A DNA stretch of 24,000 nucleotides, taken from assembly GCF_965282765.1 (NCBI RefSeq), contig NZ_OZ392461.1; one strand, given 5' to 3'. Numbering within the stretch: position 1 is the first letter of the stretch; each line of letters begins with the position of its first letter. The position numbers and the translations under genes were made by a program. The notes under the pieces were generated by a model, which saw only the letters and a list, made by a program, of their open reading frames with translations, did no database searches and was not told where the DNA came from. This document shows, piece after piece, positions 21,385-24,000 of this stretch.

Positions 21385-22675
21385 CAGGGCAAGATTACGA
21401 AAGCCCGCTCCCCGCAAGGACTGACGCCAGGTAGTTTCTGTCCATGGCTGCTTTTCGCATCTTACGTCTTAACCCTGCCTTGAATACCTTATCATTCGTC
21501 AAAATATTAATAGCAATGTGCCGTATCCCTGAAAATAATTCTGCTGCGTTTCCTCTTCTTATTTTGCAGTCGTCTTCATTCATTACCACGTCCAGACGCC
21601 AGTGCAGCTTATTCTCCACGTGCCAGTGGTTTCGGATTGCTGTGGCGAACTTCTCTGCGGTTAAATCAGCAGAACTGATATAATATCTGACCGTCATTTC
21701 GGGCTCTTTCTTTTGTTCTGCTATTATTGACCGAAAGGAGACTGCCACGCATAATTTCTTCAGACCTTTCCATTCAAACGTGAAATCAATAAGTTCATCA
21801 GGGACATCGCAAACAATGTGAAGACGGATTTCTTCTCTGCCGTGACTCTTTTCACTAATTGCGTAACTGTCATGCTCTGGATTATTTAATTCTTTCAGCA
21901 GAAATTTTTCCTCGAAGGCTTTATTTAGCCGCCCCTGGTTTCCTTTTACAGCGAATAAATAATCACCTCCCTGTTTTTGTATCTTCTCTGCAATATCTTT
22001 CTGGCAACCCATCGCATCAGTTGTGATGATTTTTCCTTTAATATCCAGCATGTTAATAAGTTCAGGGATAGCTGTAATCTCATTAGATTTCTCATCCGTC
22101 CTGATCTGTCCGATGACCAGGCTGTGCATTGTTGAGAACGCACTAATGACATGAATCGCTCCCCTGCGGCGACTCTTGTCATAAGAGTGTCGGAGCGTTT
22201 TTCCATCAATTGCAATGACGTCTTTATCATCTGAAGAATGGCAGTCACGCATCCAGTTAATAAAGCACTCGTGAAATTTTGCAGGACTGATACAGGATAC
22301 AACTCTGGCAATGGTATCGTGAACAGGAATACCATTATCAAAATCACCATATTGCTTCAAAAAATCGAGATGTGTTTCCCCAAAATCCTCTATATCTTCC
22401 CAACCTTCTGCACCAGAAATAACGGCACAAATAGTCAACAGTAGAATATCCGATAATTTATGTTCCACTTTCCAGGCTTGTCTGTAATCGGGGATAATAG
22501 AAATATGCTCCATCAATTTTTTAAGTTCCATTTTGTTCTCCTTAATTATGTAAGGAGTATTTGATCATGTATAAGCAATAAAAAACAGCTTCAGGTAATG
22601 AGGAATATCTCAATTTTTAAACATAAAATGCGAATTGTTTAGTACAAAAAGTGTACTTCTGATGATCTTTCCCTG
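21385..22675 (-). mobile_element. Complete H-repeat element (ISAs1 family, 1291 bp, ISEc1-like)
   Basis: Ends CAGGGCAAGATTACG and (reverse) CAGGGAAAGATCATC flanking an intact 378-aa transposase. Confidence 0.88.
21395..22531 (-). CDS. ISAs1-family (H-repeat) transposase, 378 aa
   Basis: [51 protein letters not shown]..., [31 protein letters not shown]. Confidence 0.95.
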   Translation of the reverse strand: MELKKLMEHISIIPDYRQAWKVEHKLSDILLLTICAVISGAEGWEDIEDFGETHLDFLKQYGDFDNGIPVHDTIARVVSCISPAKFHECFINWMRDCHSSDDKDVIAIDGKTLRHSYDKSRRRGAIHVISAFSTMHSLVIGQIRTDEKSNEITAIPELINMLDIKGKIITTDAMGCQKDIAEKIQKQGGDYLFAVKGNQGRLNKAFEEKFLLKELNNPEHDSYAISEKSHGREEIRLHIVCDVPDELIDFTFEWKGLKKLCVAVSFRSIIAEQKKEPEMTVRYYISSADLTAEKFATAIRNHWHVENKLHWRLDVVMNEDDCKIRRGNAAELFSGIRHIAINILTNDKVFKAGLRRKMRKAAMDRNYLASVLAGSGLS

Positions 22676-22696
22676 TCCGCAGCTGCTTTTCACATC

Positions 22697-22900
22697 CAGG
22701 GAAAGATTACGAAAGCCCGCACCCCGCAAGGACTGACGCCAGATAGTTTCTGTCCATGGCTGCTTTTCGCATCTTACGTCTTAACCCTGCCTTGAATACC
22801 TTATCATTCGTCAAAATATTAATAGCGATGTGCCGTATCCCTGAAAATAATTCTGCTGCATTTCCTCTTCTTATTTTGCAGTCGTCTTCATTCATTACCA
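22697..22900 (-). mobile_element. H-repeat fragment (3' end of transposase plus terminus), interrupted by group II intron
   Basis: CAGGGAAAGATTACGAAAGCCCGCACCCC... follows the full copy until CATTACCA at 22893-22900, then diverges. Confidence 0.9.
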
Positions 22901-22976
22901 GGTGAGTAGGCCGCAGGAACCTCCCCCGCAGCCTCTCGCAGAACGGTACGTGAACCTCTCGGCTCATACCGCTCCC
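22901..22976 (-). ncRNA. 3' end of group II intron ribozyme (domains V and VI)
   Basis: Domain V-like GAGCGGTATGAGCCGAGAGGTTCACGTACCGTTCT (22940-22974), then DVI-like GGCTGCGGG...CCTGCGGCC stem ending ...CTACTCAC at the H-repeat boundary. Confidence 0.82.
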
Positions 22977-22977
22977 A

Positions 22978-24000
22978 TCAAACAAGTCCGCCTCTCATCT
23001 TCAGACGCCAGTGGGCAAACAACTGTGGACTTCGCTTCGCCATTTCTTCCAGAAATTTTGAGGCTCTTGTCTTGTATCGGCTGAGCATTTTATATTTCTT
23101 ACGCCCCCACCTCACCAGTGCTTTATTGATATATCTGAACACGCTGTATAATTCCGAACAGGTATATCGCCCGTAATAATTTATCCAGCCATTCAGTTTT
23201 GGATTTATCCATTTCGCTATCTGCTCAATGCTTAAATCCACTCTTTTCCTTATCCCTGTCGCTTTGATTTCCCGACGCATTGCCTTTAGCGCTGATTTGC
23301 TCGCTGCGGGGGTAAAACTTACAAACAGACTGTTTCGCTTAACGTTCTTTACTACGCGTCGCCTGAATGTGTACCCCAGAAAGTCGAACATGGTATGTTC
23401 ATAATCACCCTTCCGGCTTCCATCTTTGCAGTAGATAACTCGCGTTTTCTCCGGATGCATTTCCAGTCCGCATTCGCTAAATCTTTTGCGTAATACTTCT
23501 CGCATTTCAGTCGCTTCTGCTTCGCTGTGACAATGCAAAATGCCATCATCAGCATATCGATACCACGGCACTTTCGGATAATATTTTGCCAGCCATTTAT
23601 CAAACACATAATGCATGAACAGGTTTGCCAGCAACGGACTTATGACACCTCCCTGCGGCGTTCCCATTGTTCGTGCTCTGACTTCTCCGTCTGACATCAC
23701 CATCGGCGCTGTCAGCCACCGCTGTATATACAATTTTACCCACCGGGCCGGATTGTGTTTGTCCACGGCTTTCATTATCAGTTCGTGCGGGATGTTATCG
23801 AACAGCCCTTTGATGTCAAATTCCAGTACCCAGTCGTAATACCAGCAACGCTTACGCGTTACCCCTATAGCATCCAGTGCCGATTTATTCGGTCTGTAGC
23901 CGTAAGAGTCTGCCAGAAAATGTGGCTCAACCTGTGGCTCAAAGGCCAGTTTTACCACCGTCTGCGCGATACGATCGCTGACTGTCGGGATACCCAGAAT
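22978..24000 (-). CDS. Group II intron reverse transcriptase/maturase (partial, 5' end outside window)
   Basis: RT motifs [28 protein letters not shown], maturase-X region [14 protein letters not shown]; frame stays open to 24000 ([20 protein letters not shown]). No HNH endonuclease domain at the C-terminus. Confidence 0.93.
   Translation of the reverse strand: MLGIPTVSDRIAQTVVKLAFEPQVEPHFLADSYGYRPNKSALDAIGVTRKRCWYYDWVLEFDIKGLFDNIPHELIMKAVDKHNPARWVKLYIQRWLTAPMVMSDGEVRARTMGTPQGGVISPLLANLFMHYVFDKWLAKYYPKVPWYRYADDGILHCHSEAEATEMREVLRKRFSECGLEMHPEKTRVIYCKDGSRKGDYEHTMFDFLGYTFRRRVVKNVKRNSLFVSFTPAASKSALKAMRREIKATGIRKRVDLSIEQIAKWINPKLNGWINYYGRYTCSELYSVFRYINKALVRWGRKKYKMLSRYKTRASKFLEEMAKRSPQLFAHWRLKMRGGLV

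Noticed and set aside
22707-22985. 92-aa [24 protein letters not shown]...
   Set aside because: It is a read-through of intron domains V/VI into the H-repeat fragment, useful only for locating the boundary.
22983-23013. CAGACGCCAGTG shared between the maturase 3' end and the H-repeat transposase
   Set aside because: Both encode an HWRL tetrapeptide in frame within genuine coding sequence; a 12-bp match is most simply coincidence, not a second junction.

Overview
This is an Escherichia coli-type chromosomal segment running, relative to the K-12 map, in reverse from frsA/gpt to yafV, and ending in an accessory region. Recognisable order: frsA (partial), gpt, pepD, a small ORF, a membrane metal-hydrolase-like gene, prfH, rtcB2, yafP, yafO (nonsense-disrupted), yafN, dinB, the lafU/lfhA scar of the Flag-2 flagellar cluster, a 101-bp-period REP/BIME array split by a complete 1258-bp IS3-family element, rayT, yafL, dpaA(yafK), yafJ, gmhA, fadE, ivy and yafV. 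After yafV comes AT-rich accessory DNA: a deleted H-repeat (ISAs1 family) remnant, an orphan ICE-type protein gene (PFL_4695-like), an orphan 167-aa ORF, a long hairpin, a full H-repeat, and a second H-repeat truncated by the 3' part of a group II intron whose maturase runs off the window. The items most worth following up are: (1) a candidate promoter + strong-RBS 15-codon leader ORF + long hairpin directly upstream of the rtcB2-prfH RNA-repair/ribosome-rescue operon; (2) the yafO toxin nonsense codon beside an intact yafN; (3) the orphan two-gene cargo between H-repeats; (4) the group II intron inserted in an H-repeat. Identifications come from recalled protein families and K-12 gene order; no database search was run.
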